From: Planctomycetota bacterium
Lineage (GTDB): Bacteria; Planctomycetota; SZUA-567; H5-PLA8; JBOHNC01
Assembly (NCBI GenBank): GCA_050730415.1
Contig: JBOHNC010000328.1
Coordinates: forward strand, 1-58,786
Length of the DNA stretch: 58,786 bases
Direction of reading: 5' to 3'
Shown here: positions 1 to 8,467 of the stretch, piece after piece
Position numbering within the stretch: the stretch's first letter is position 1
Layout of the letters: each line of letters starts with the position of its first letter
The notes under the pieces: model-generated
The model's database searches: none
What the model saw: the letters and a program-made list of their open reading frames with translations, nothing else
What the model was told of the DNA's origin: nothing
Position numbers and translations under genes: made by a program

Positions 1-241
1 GCCGGGTGCGCCGCGCGGGCCGGGCGGGGCCGAGCGGGAGGCGCTGATCGGGTCGGGTGCCGAGTTGCTTTTTTCATTCGCGCGACGACCTCTTTTCAGC
101 ATTCCGGCGGCCCTGGGACGCAGGCCGCAGAAGGTTGAAAATCCGTTGCCAAATATGGCAGGAAGGGAGTCTTTTTCAAGGCATGGGCCTGAAAACAGCC
201 GAAGAGCGGCGAAAAATTCCGCCGGGTGGCAGGAGGCGCGG

Positions 242-985
242 TCAGACTGCCGGGCTTGGTGCGTGGCGCAGGTGCCGCACGCCGGCGCCGAACTGCCGGG
301 TCAGCAGCCGGCTCAGGTGGAATTCGCTAGCCAGCCCCACTTGCGGCGCAACGACCTTCAAGGGGAGGTCGGTGGTCAGAATCAGGTGGCGCGCCGCGTC
401 CAGCCGCAAGGCGCGCACATCCGCCATCGGGGTGGCACCGGCCTGCGCGGTGTAAGTGCGGATGAAATGGTATTTGCTGAGCCCCGCCAACTCGGCGAGA
501 TCATCGACGCGGATGGTATCGGCCAGGTGCGCACGCACGTAGGCTCGCGTGGCGGCCACCAGTCCGGCCTGGGGGTCGGCGAGCAGGCCCGCCAGTTCGG
601 CGACGAAGGCGGTGAGGAGGGTCTGGCGGCGCAGCGCTTCGGCCGGTTGCCGCGCGTGCCGTTCGTCGATCAGCCACTCCAGCAGCGGCCGGAGGCGCTC
701 GCGCGCGTCAACCCCATGGCGCGGCGCGCCGGGCGGCAGGGGGTCGCCGGCGAAGCCCATGTACAGCAGGCGCAAGTTGGCGGTGTCGGCCCATTCTTCG
801 TGGAGTTCGCCGGCGCCGTAGACGAGGAATTCGCCGGCGCGCCCGTGGAGTTCCCGCCCGTTCAAACGAACGCGCATCCGCCCGCGGGCCACGCAGATGA
901 TCTGATGCACCGGATGGGTGTGGGCCGCCATGTGCCAATCGGGGGGCGCGTCGAGACTGCCGGCGTGTTCGAATTGCGGTTCCAT
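242..985 (-). CDS. AraC family transcriptional regulator (cupin-like N-terminal domain + HTH_AraC C-terminal domain)
   Basis: ORF 242..1123(-). The C-terminal stretch DDLAELAGLSKYHFIRTYTAQAGATPMADVRALRLDAARHLILTTDLPLKVVAPQVGLASEFHLSRLL is a typical AraC double HTH. The cupin-like core is HTHPVHQIICVARGRMRVRLNG. I chose the internal ATG at 983-985 (MEPQFEH...). The longer form would nearly abut the divergent gene start at 1125 and leave no promoter space. Confidence 0.85.
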   Translation of the reverse strand: MEPQFEHAGSLDAPPDWHMAAHTHPVHQIICVARGRMRVRLNGRELHGRAGEFLVYGAGELHEEWADTANLRLLYMGFAGDPLPPGAPRHGVDARERLRPLLEWLIDERHARQPAEALRRQTLLTAFVAELAGLLADPQAGLVAATRAYVRAHLADTIRVDDLAELAGLSKYHFIRTYTAQAGATPMADVRALRLDAARHLILTTDLPLKVVAPQVGLASEFHLSRLLTRQFGAGVRHLRHAPSPAV

Positions 986-992
986 GGTCGAC

Positions 993-1057
993 CTTCGCAA
1001 TTGGAGACAAAACTTCGCAATCACCGTCATTGGTTGCGGGGCAAATAAGAGTATAAC
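993..1057 (+). promoter_or_regulatory. Candidate AraC-type operator (two direct CTTCGCAAT repeats 20 bp apart) abutting a sigma70-like promoter for the 1125 gene
   Basis: CTTCGCAAT occurs at 993-1001 and again at 1013-1021. TTGGTT at 1030-1035 is followed by a 16-nt spacer and TATAAC at 1052-1057. All of this lies in the divergent region between the AraC gene and the oxidoreductase gene. Confidence 0.35.
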
Positions 1058-1124
1058 ACCCTCAGGGCTGCCAGACGCGGCCGCAATTTCTGAAAAGTGA
1101 TGAATCCCCGCACGGAGGCGCACT

Positions 1125-2189
1125 ATGAGCGCAGCAACTCAACCGGTTCGGATCGGTTTCGTCGGCGTCGGCAATATGGGACAGTGCGCGCACCTGCGCA
1201 ATTACGTGGGGCTGAAGAACTGCCAGGTGGTGGCCGTGTCCGAACTGCGCGAAAAGACCGCAACGCAGGTCGCGCAACGCTACGGCATCCCGAAGGTCTA
1301 CCCCGACGCCGTCAGCATGCTCAAGCATGAGCCGCTGGACGGCATCGTGGCGTCGCAACCGTTCAACCGGCATTTTCAGGTGCTGCCGGAATTGATCGCC
1401 ACCGGCAAGCCGGTTTTCATCGAGAAGCCGCTGTCCAATTCCATCGCCACTGCGCAAAAGATTCTTGCCGCCAAACGCGCCGGCGGTGGCGCGGTGATGG
1501 TCGGCTACATGAAGCGCAGCGACCCGGCCACCGCCTACGCGGTCGAGCGCATCCGCCGTTTTCAGAAAAGCGGTGAACTGGGGAAGCTGACCTACATCCG
1601 CATACTCATGCCCGCCGGCGATTGGATTGCCAGCGGCTTTATCGATCGGCTTGACGCCAACGATCCACGGCCGGCGCTGGCGACCGACCCCGCTCCGGCC
1701 GACTTGAACGAAGCCAACGGCAAAAAATACGAAGCCTTTGTGAACTATTACATCCACCAGGTCAATCTGATGCGTTTTCTTTTGGGTGAGCCCTACCAGG
1801 TGACCTACGCCGATCCCAGCGGGGTGCTGTTCGTCGGGAAGAGCCGTTCGGGTATTCCCGTGACCATCGAAATGACCCCCTATCGCACCACGGTGGACTG
1901 GCAGGAGAGCGCGCTCGTGGCCTTCGAGAAAGGCTACGTCAAGCTGGACCTTGTTGCGCCTTTGGCCAGCAATCGAGCGGGACGGGTGGAGGTCTTGCGC
2001 GACCCCGCCGAAGGGGTGACGCCGATCGTCGAACGGCCGCACCTGCCGTGGGTGCATTCGATGCGGGCCCAGGCGATGAACTTCGTCAAGGTGATTCAGG
2101 GCGTGGCGCCTCCGCCATGCGAAGCCGAGGAAGCGCTCGAAGATTTGCTGGTCGCCCGCGAGTACATTCGGCTGCTGACGGGACAGTAA
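1125..2189 (+). CDS. Gfo/Idh/MocA family NAD(P)-dependent oxidoreductase
   Basis: The ATG has GGAGG 5 nt upstream. The N-terminal Rossmann motif is VRIGFVGVGNMG and the family EKP motif is present (PVFIEKPL). Length is 354 aa. Confidence 0.9.
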   Translation: MSAATQPVRIGFVGVGNMGQCAHLRNYVGLKNCQVVAVSELREKTATQVAQRYGIPKVYPDAVSMLKHEPLDGIVASQPFNRHFQVLPELIATGKPVFIEKPLSNSIATAQKILAAKRAGGGAVMVGYMKRSDPATAYAVERIRRFQKSGELGKLTYIRILMPAGDWIASGFIDRLDANDPRPALATDPAPADLNEANGKKYEAFVNYYIHQVNLMRFLLGEPYQVTYADPSGVLFVGKSRSGIPVTIEMTPYRTTVDWQESALVAFEKGYVKLDLVAPLASNRAGRVEVLRDPAEGVTPIVERPHLPWVHSMRAQAMNFVKVIQGVAPPPCEAEEALEDLLVAREYIRLLTGQ

Positions 2190-2384
2190 TTCGCGCCCTT
2201 TTAAAAGGCGAGATGAAGCCCAGTGTGCGGAAATGGCCTTGGGCTTCGATCTCGTGAATCGCCCAGCCGGCCGACGTCCCCAGTGACCTTTTGGGAGCCG
2301 GCCGACCCAACGCAGAACGTGGGATTGCCCATCGCGAGTACAATCGACGGCCGGCCCAGGCCCCCCTGCCAAAGGTTCGCGCCG

Positions 2385-4340
2385 ATGTCCGATTTGCTTG
2401 ACGGTGTATCGCAGGCCCATCCGCGATTGCTTGGTTCGCGTGACGCGCTGCAAGCGCTCGCACGCGAGCGTCCCCGGGAGTACGCACGCGTTCAGCGCGT
2501 TGCGCGCGAAATGAAATCCGGCGCTTCTCACGACGATCACACCATGCGCGGCCGGCTGATGGCGATGAATCTGGTCTACGCAATCGAAAACGATGCGGCG
2601 CTCGGCCGGCAGGCGGTGGAGATCGTCCGCGCGACTTTTCTCGATCGCCCGGTTCGCGTCGGCCATGTCGGCTTCGGCACCGACTGCGGCATCATGGGGA
2701 TGAATCACGACCTGTGCCATGACCTGTGGAGTGAAAGCGACCGAAAGCGGTTTCACGTCTACCTGCGGGAGGCGCGTGAGAAGAATCTGACCGAGGAGCC
2801 CAGCGTATTTCACAACGGCTGGTACGGCATGAAAAATGGACCGTTCGTGGTGGCCTGCCTCGCGACCGCGCACGAAAATCCCTATGCGCACGAGCTGTTC
2901 GCGGAGATCGACCACGAATATCGAACGCGCGCCGTGCCGGCCTTGGAACTGGCCGGCGAAGGCGGCGGATTTGGCGAAGGCTACTACACGCACTATTGGA
3001 TCTTCGAATGGATCCAGGCGCTGCATTGTTTGCAGGCCGCTGCGGGCATCGACTGGTTCGACCTCGCGCCGAAGTTTCACCGAGAGCGCGCCGTGGCCAG
3101 TCTGTTCGAACTGTATCCCACGCTGCGTGAAGGCGGCAGCCGCCGACCGGCCGCGGCCGGCGATTCGGGCGGACGACAGATTCACCCCGAGCGTGACAAG
3201 ACCGTCGCCGCGATGCGAATCCTGGCGACGCGCTACCGGGACGATCCGGCCCACCAAGCGGTGCTGGCCCACCTGGATCGAACCCCCGAAACTAGTTTTG
3301 AATTCGCCTCCTACTACGATTTTCTGTGGAACGATCGAACTCTGCCGCGCGCCGACCTGCGTCAGTTCAAGCTCTCGCACTACAGCCCCGGACCGGGCAA
3401 CGTACAGTCGCGCAGTTCTTGGGACGAAGACGCCAGTTACCTCTACTTCCGCTGTGGGCGGCGGTTCACCACGCACCAGCACCTCGACCAGGGGCATTTC
3501 GTGTTGTTCAAACATGAGGAACTGCTCGGCGACGGCGGCGAATATTGCGGCTGGGGTGAATCGCATGTCATCAACTATTACATTCGGACCATCGCACACA
3601 ATTCGATGCTTGTGTACGATCCCGAGGAAGAATTTCCGGACGGAATTCGCGGCGGCGGGAAAGCGCTCAATGACGGCGGCCAGGCGGTTCGCTGGATCGG
3701 CACACCCTGGATGAAGGGCGGCGACGGGTTCGACGTTCCGCAGTGGTCGGCCTTTTCGGAGATCGGCCAGACCGGCGCGATTATCGCCTACGAAGACACG
3801 GGCGCGTACCTTCACTGCTCCGGCGATGTCACCCGCGCCTATGCTTCATCGAAGCTGGCCTATTTCACTCGCCAGATTGTCCACCTGCGGCCCGATGTGT
3901 TCGTCGTTTTCGATCGCGTGGGCGCGGCCCGGCCGGAATTCAAGAAAACCCTGCTACTGCACACCATGGCCGCGCCGCGCCGCCACGACCGCCACTGGGT
4001 CGTGGGCAATGGCTACGGCAAGCTGTTCGTCCAGACGCTTCTGCCGATCGACCCGGTCGTACACGTGTTCCACGAGGACGAACAATACGTGGTCGAGGGC
4101 GAGCGCATTCCACCCCTGCACCGCCAGGGGTGTGCGCCGCGCGCAAGAATGGAAGTTTCACCGTCGCAGCCGGCGGCCGACGACCTGTTTTTGCATGTGT
4201 TTACTTTGGGCGATTACAACTTCAACAGCGTGCCTGCGGCCGAAGTCGAAAGGGTCGGCGCCACCGTCCGGGTCCGGCTGTCCGGCGCGACGATTGAATT
4301 CGAGCGTGGCCAAGTGGTCTGTCGCGTGACCTTCGACTGA
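2385..4340 (+). CDS. Heparinase II/III-like (polysaccharide lyase-like) protein
   Basis: ORF 2223..4340. Start taken at ATG 2385 (MSDLLDGVSQAHPRLLGSRDAL...). The C-terminal block TTHQHLDQGHFVLFKHEELLGDGGEY matches the heparinase II/III-like domain pattern (H-x-H-x-D..G-x-F...D-x-G). Confidence 0.75.
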   Translation: MSDLLDGVSQAHPRLLGSRDALQALARERPREYARVQRVAREMKSGASHDDHTMRGRLMAMNLVYAIENDAALGRQAVEIVRATFLDRPVRVGHVGFGTDCGIMGMNHDLCHDLWSESDRKRFHVYLREAREKNLTEEPSVFHNGWYGMKNGPFVVACLATAHENPYAHELFAEIDHEYRTRAVPALELAGEGGGFGEGYYTHYWIFEWIQALHCLQAAAGIDWFDLAPKFHRERAVASLFELYPTLREGGSRRPAAAGDSGGRQIHPERDKTVAAMRILATRYRDDPAHQAVLAHLDRTPETSFEFASYYDFLWNDRTLPRADLRQFKLSHYSPGPGNVQSRSSWDEDASYLYFRCGRRFTTHQHLDQGHFVLFKHEELLGDGGEYCGWGESHVINYYIRTIAHNSMLVYDPEEEFPDGIRGGGKALNDGGQAVRWIGTPWMKGGDGFDVPQWSAFSEIGQTGAIIAYEDTGAYLHCSGDVTRAYASSKLAYFTRQIVHLRPDVFVVFDRVGAARPEFKKTLLLHTMAAPRRHDRHWVVGNGYGKLFVQTLLPIDPVVHVFHEDEQYVVEGERIPPLHRQGCAPRARMEVSPSQPAADDLFLHVFTLGDYNFNSVPAAEVERVGATVRVRLSGATIEFERGQVVCRVTFD

Positions 4341-4409
4341 TGCCCGGCCGATCAGTGCATTCCCAGGGACGGATTTGAATTGGCTTCGCTTTTCCGAGGG
4401 CGGTGCGAT

Positions 4410-5723
4410 TCAGGCTCCCGGCATTGCCTTGCGCAACGCCTGTTTCATTTCCTCGGCGGAGCGGAACCGGCGCTCCGGTCGCGGCTGCAGCGCTTTTTCG
4501 ATCACCTCCGCCACCGTCGGCGGTGCTTTCACTTCGCGCGCGGCCAGAGGCACCACCCGGTTTTCCAGGATCGCCAGGAGCATTTCACCCTGGCGGTTGG
4601 CTTCGAGATCGTAGATCGAGTGCGCCGCGAGCATGTAATACAGCACGGCGCCCATCGAGAACAGGTCGCTACGCGGGCCGACGCTGCGGCAGGCGCGCAG
4701 TTGTTCGGGGGGCATATACTCGAGTCCAGTGCGCAATTCGCCGGTGAGCGTCATGGACCCGGCCTCTTCATAGTTCCGCGCCAGGCCGAAGTCCAGCACG
4801 AAGGCGCGCGGCCGGCCGGCGCTCCGCCCCACCATGATGTTGCTGGGCTTCAGATCGCGGTGCAGCAGGTTGCGGTCGTGCGCGTATTGCAGTGTGTCGA
4901 GCACTTGGGCCGTCAGGTCCAGCGCCAGTTCGATCGGCAGGCGGCCGCCTGCTTCGGCCACGAATTCGATCAGATTTTTTCCCGGCACGAAGGCGGTCAC
5001 GAAAAAGTCGAACGGCCCAACGGGGCCAAAGGCCAGTGGCTGCACGATGGCCGGATGCGCCAGCTTCGTCAGCAGTTCGATGTCGCGCACGAACATTTTG
5101 CGCACCCGTTCGTTCATTGCCACCTGGGGCTGGATCAGCTTCACGGCGTAAGACCGTCCGTCCGATTTCGAATCGGCCAGGTATACATTGCCCAACCCGC
5201 TGCCGACTCCTGCGTCCCAGCTCAGGTTGCGCCGCATCGTGTAGCCGGGAATTTCAACCAACGGCAACAGCGCCTCCTCACCTTCCGCCCGCCCGCCCGC
5301 CATCCCCGCCACCGCCGTGGCCACCGCGGGCATGTCGCCCGGAGCCGCATGGGCCGAGACTGCACCCGGTGGCGGTGTTTCCACCGGCACCAGTTCGAAT
5401 TTTTCTTCCGCCGCGTCCACCGGGTCGGCCACCACGGTGATTCGAATGCGCGTGTCGCCGACCGCGATGATATCGTTGTGGCGCAGCATTGTTTCCTGCA
5501 GCCGGATCCGGTTAACGTAGGTGCCGTTGCTGGAACCAAGGTCGCGGATGAAGCTGCGCGGCGGGTTGATTTCCATCAGAAAATGATGGCGCGAAATGGC
5601 CGGGTCCATCGGCAGGGACAACTGCGCTTCGGCGCTCCGGCCGCACAGCACGGTGTCGTGGCTGTCGAAGACGAACTCCCGTCCCTGCTGCGGGCCTTTG
5701 GTGATGTGCAGCACGATTTTCAT
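4410..5723 (-). CDS. FHA domain-containing serine/threonine protein kinase (soluble)
   Basis: The N-terminal FHA domain reads GREFVFDSHDTVLCGRS...ISRHHFLMEI...IRDLGSSNGTYVNRIRL. The kinase core has the Gly loop GSGLGNVY, the Lys motif YAVKLI, the catalytic loop HRDLKPSNIMV, DFG, and YMPPE. No TM segment is present. Confidence 0.9.
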   Translation of the reverse strand: MKIVLHITKGPQQGREFVFDSHDTVLCGRSAEAQLSLPMDPAISRHHFLMEINPPRSFIRDLGSSNGTYVNRIRLQETMLRHNDIIAVGDTRIRITVVADPVDAAEEKFELVPVETPPPGAVSAHAAPGDMPAVATAVAGMAGGRAEGEEALLPLVEIPGYTMRRNLSWDAGVGSGLGNVYLADSKSDGRSYAVKLIQPQVAMNERVRKMFVRDIELLTKLAHPAIVQPLAFGPVGPFDFFVTAFVPGKNLIEFVAEAGGRLPIELALDLTAQVLDTLQYAHDRNLLHRDLKPSNIMVGRSAGRPRAFVLDFGLARNYEEAGSMTLTGELRTGLEYMPPEQLRACRSVGPRSDLFSMGAVLYYMLAAHSIYDLEANRQGEMLLAILENRVVPLAAREVKAPPTVAEVIEKALQPRPERRFRSAEEMKQALRKAMPGA

Positions 5724-5953
5724 GGAGGAATTCTCGCGAGGCGCGAAATGGCGGGCGGATAGTTTTATTCTATCCCCGCATGCGCCGCCTTCCCAGCCGG
5801 ATTCCGTCTCCGCGCGGTCCCGGTAGGCACGCCGGCGCCGTGCGCAAATTTCGTCGCCCTCGCTTGCGTCCTGACGCGAGCGGGTCTAATCAGCCCCATT
5901 GGAACGGCGCTGCATCACGGCGGGGCAGTTTCCGGCAGGGAGTTAAACCGGTC

Positions 5954-8365
5954 ATGCAAGATGTTCGCTATACTCACCAACTGGAAACCACCGATGCGCA
6001 GTTTTTCTCCCACCTGAAGATTCCCGGAGCGCTCGGTCGTGCTTTCGCCGCCGCGCGGAAATCGGGCGATGCCGCCGCCGCGGTGGCGGCGGTGGCCGAG
6101 CATTTCCGCACGCGGTCGGCGCCGAGCGTGTTTTTTTACTGCCATGGCGCGCCCTGGCACGAAACCGACGCGCCCGGCCGGGTTCTCGACAAGGCGGCGT
6201 TGCTGTTGAAAAACAAGCTCCGCAATTCCTGGCCGCCGCATCACGTAGTGCCGCTGACCGGGCGGGGCGGCAAACTCGACTTCGACCAGGCGCTCACCGA
6301 AGCCGGCTCGGCGACTTCGCGCCACACCTTCGTGACCGAACTGAGCACCGCGTGGGCGCTGACCGGCAAGCCGTTGTACATCCGCAAAGCGGTGGAACTG
6401 ATGCAGGCCTTTGTGGCCGCTGCGCCGTTCGAGCTCGATCCGAAATTTCTCGAAGATCACGACGCTTATTTCGGAGGCCGCGGCAATTACACCCTCTCTG
6501 TCTGTTACCGGGCGTTCCGCTGGGTGGACTTTCTATATTGCGGCGCACTGCAGGCGCCCGGCTTGGTCTCCGATGCGGAGGTGGTCTGGATCGTCAAGCA
6601 GATCTGGTTCTGGGCCATGCAGTATTACCGGCTTGTCGGCGACGTGCTGCGGCGGGACAACCACCACCTGGTCGATCACGGCCATTCGCAGTTTTTCTTC
6701 GGCATGATGTTCCCGGAATTCGACGTCAGCGCCAAGCTCACCGCCTACGGCGCCAAAGTGATCCGCTTCCATGGGGCCAACAACCTGCTGCCCGACGGCG
6801 GCAACGCCGAGCATTCGGCGGAATACCAGTACCACATCACCTACCACTATCTGCACCCGCTGGGCATTGCGCAGGCCAACCGCTTTCCGCTGTTCAACGC
6901 CAAGACCCGCGGGCTGATCGGAAAGTGGGCGGAATTCAATGCCGGTCTCGCGATGCCTGACGGCGCCATCCCGCCGATCGGCGATTCCGCCGGGCGCACC
7001 TACCACCATTTCTTCGGCCGTCTGGCGGTGCCGGTCATGACGCCGCGGCTGGCCGCGATGGGCCGCGGCGTTGGCTGCGCGCCGGGTGCGGCCAGCGTCA
7101 TTGCCGCGCCGGAAGTGGCCCGCAAGCTGCACGGCTGGCGCTCCGGCACGCCGCCGCAGATCGGCTTGGCGCCGTACTACCTGGAGGCCGGGAAGATTGC
7201 ACCGCCGGATGCGAAACAGCTCCCGGCTGCCGCCAGCGTCCAATTCCCGCAGGGCGGCTACACGGTTTTGCGGGAAAAATGGAGCCCCGACAGCGATTAC
7301 CTCGCGATGTCCCATTTCAGTCCTGAACTGCTCGGCGGGCACGCACACTTCGACCCACTCTCGTTCGTGCTGTACAGCGGCGGCAAGCTGCTGATCGGTG
7401 ACCCCGCCACTTGGCTGTATTTCGATCCGCGGTTTTTTGGGCATGGCGGGGGCAAAGTCCGACCCACGGCCGCCAAGGTGCAGTATCACCGCGGATATTC
7501 CTACGGCGCCGACAGCCACAATGTCTTCGTGCGCAATTTTGATTTCATCCGCCCCTTGCGGGCGCTCAGCCACTTTTCCAGCTACGGACTCGATCGCAAC
7601 CCGCTGTGCGGGCTGGGCCTGTTCGAGGCTGGCGGGCCGATTGAATTGGCCGAAGCGTGGCACGATGAATTCGCGCCCTTCCGCCACCACCGCTTTCTCG
7701 TCCATCTGCGCGGCCTGGGATTCGTGTTCATCGACCGCATGAACAGCCGCAAGGGCAAACTTTCGCCCCACGACTACACGCAGGCCTACCACGCCGACTT
7801 CGATCTCGTGGTCGCACCACTCAAGCCACCCGTCGACGGAGCGCTGCGCATCGGCTCCGGCGCGGCTTCCTGTCTGATGGTGCCCGGCCGCGAAACGGAA
7901 ACGCGCTGGGAGGTCTTTCGCGATGAGTACCTGACCGGCGTCTACGCGCTCGGGCGCAAACCCGGCGGGCCGAACCCGTGGGTGGCCGAGCTGGGCCGGC
8001 AGGTCCGCGGCGATGTTGTCTTCGCCACTTTCGTCCTGACACACGCCGGCCGCGAGGCCAAAACCGTGCCGACCGCTCGCTACCTCGGCGTCACGCCGGC
8101 CCCGTGGATGGGCTGGCAGACCGACGGCTACACCGCCAATGCGCTCGACCTGGGCGCCCATGGCACGCTCTACGTCGCCAGTTGCCCTTACCACCGGCCG
8201 GTTGAATCCAAGGAATTTTCCACCGATGGAGAACTGGCCGTGGTGCACTTGGACCGACGCGGCGGGGTCGTGGCGTGGGCTCTTGCCCGCGGCAGCCGGC
8301 TGGTCGTGCGCGGCCGCAGCCTTTTCAAGGGCAAAAAAATATCCTGGCGCAACGGCGGAAAATGA
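5954..8365 (+). CDS. Heparinase II/III family / alginate-lyase-like protein
   Basis: ORF 5780..8365. Start taken at ATG 5954 (MQDVRYTHQL...). The block LLGGHAHFDPLSFVLYSGGKLLIGDPATWLY fits the heparinase II/III-like domain. The upstream extension is Arg/Pro-rich non-coding-like sequence. Confidence 0.7.
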   Translation: MQDVRYTHQLETTDAQFFSHLKIPGALGRAFAAARKSGDAAAAVAAVAEHFRTRSAPSVFFYCHGAPWHETDAPGRVLDKAALLLKNKLRNSWPPHHVVPLTGRGGKLDFDQALTEAGSATSRHTFVTELSTAWALTGKPLYIRKAVELMQAFVAAAPFELDPKFLEDHDAYFGGRGNYTLSVCYRAFRWVDFLYCGALQAPGLVSDAEVVWIVKQIWFWAMQYYRLVGDVLRRDNHHLVDHGHSQFFFGMMFPEFDVSAKLTAYGAKVIRFHGANNLLPDGGNAEHSAEYQYHITYHYLHPLGIAQANRFPLFNAKTRGLIGKWAEFNAGLAMPDGAIPPIGDSAGRTYHHFFGRLAVPVMTPRLAAMGRGVGCAPGAASVIAAPEVARKLHGWRSGTPPQIGLAPYYLEAGKIAPPDAKQLPAAASVQFPQGGYTVLREKWSPDSDYLAMSHFSPELLGGHAHFDPLSFVLYSGGKLLIGDPATWLYFDPRFFGHGGGKVRPTAAKVQYHRGYSYGADSHNVFVRNFDFIRPLRALSHFSSYGLDRNPLCGLGLFEAGGPIELAEAWHDEFAPFRHHRFLVHLRGLGFVFIDRMNSRKGKLSPHDYTQAYHADFDLVVAPLKPPVDGALRIGSGAASCLMVPGRETETRWEVFRDEYLTGVYALGRKPGGPNPWVAELGRQVRGDVVFATFVLTHAGREAKTVPTARYLGVTPAPWMGWQTDGYTANALDLGAHGTLYVASCPYHRPVESKEFSTDGELAVVHLDRRGGVVAWALARGSRLVVRGRSLFKGKKISWRNGGK

Positions 8366-8394
8366 GCCGCCAGTTTTGAGGCATATGCCACCTC

Positions 8395-8431
8395 GGGCGC
8401 GGATCAATGGTGACCCAGCGCCCTTATTTTT
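8395..8431 (+). terminator. Rho-independent terminator candidate after the 5954..8365 gene
   Basis: GGGCGC (8395-8400) pairs with GCGCCC (8418-8423). Additional inner pairing exists (GG/CC and TCA/TGA). The stem is followed directly by TTATTTTT (8424-8431). Confidence 0.5.
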
Positions 8432-8467
8432 CGTTTCACACTCGGATCCCCCTCTCAGGAGCACTGG

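Noticed and set aside
1-77. Possible 5' end of a leftward gene (minus-strand ATG at 75-77, MKKATRHPTRSAPP..., AGAGG about 12 nt upstream)
   Set aside because: Only 25 codons are visible and they are low-complexity. Other frames are also open to the window edge, so the evidence is insufficient.
1062-3815. 917-aa ORF on the minus strand
   Set aside because: It is antisense to the Gfo/Idh/MocA and heparinase-like genes, which have clear motifs. Its translation is Arg/Ala/Gly/Pro-rich with no motif. This is the typical stop-codon-poor antisense frame of high-GC DNA.
4380-5762. 460-aa ORF on the plus strand
   Set aside because: It is antisense to the FHA-kinase gene, which has unmistakable FHA and HRDLKPSN/DFG motifs. 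The translation has no features.
5780-5953. N-terminal extensions offered by the ORF track (also 2223..2384, 11195..11587, 11454..11585, 38935..39021, 49415..49708, 49888..50046, 51329..51496)
   Set aside because: The extensions are Arg/Pro/Gly-rich and often begin at non-ATG codons. They would overlap neighbouring genes or remove promoter space. In each case an internal ATG gives a natural N-terminus (signal peptide or conserved family start).
6533-8464. 643-aa ORF on the minus strand
   Set aside because: It is antisense to the second heparinase II/III-like gene, with low-complexity Arg/Gly/Ala-rich translation.
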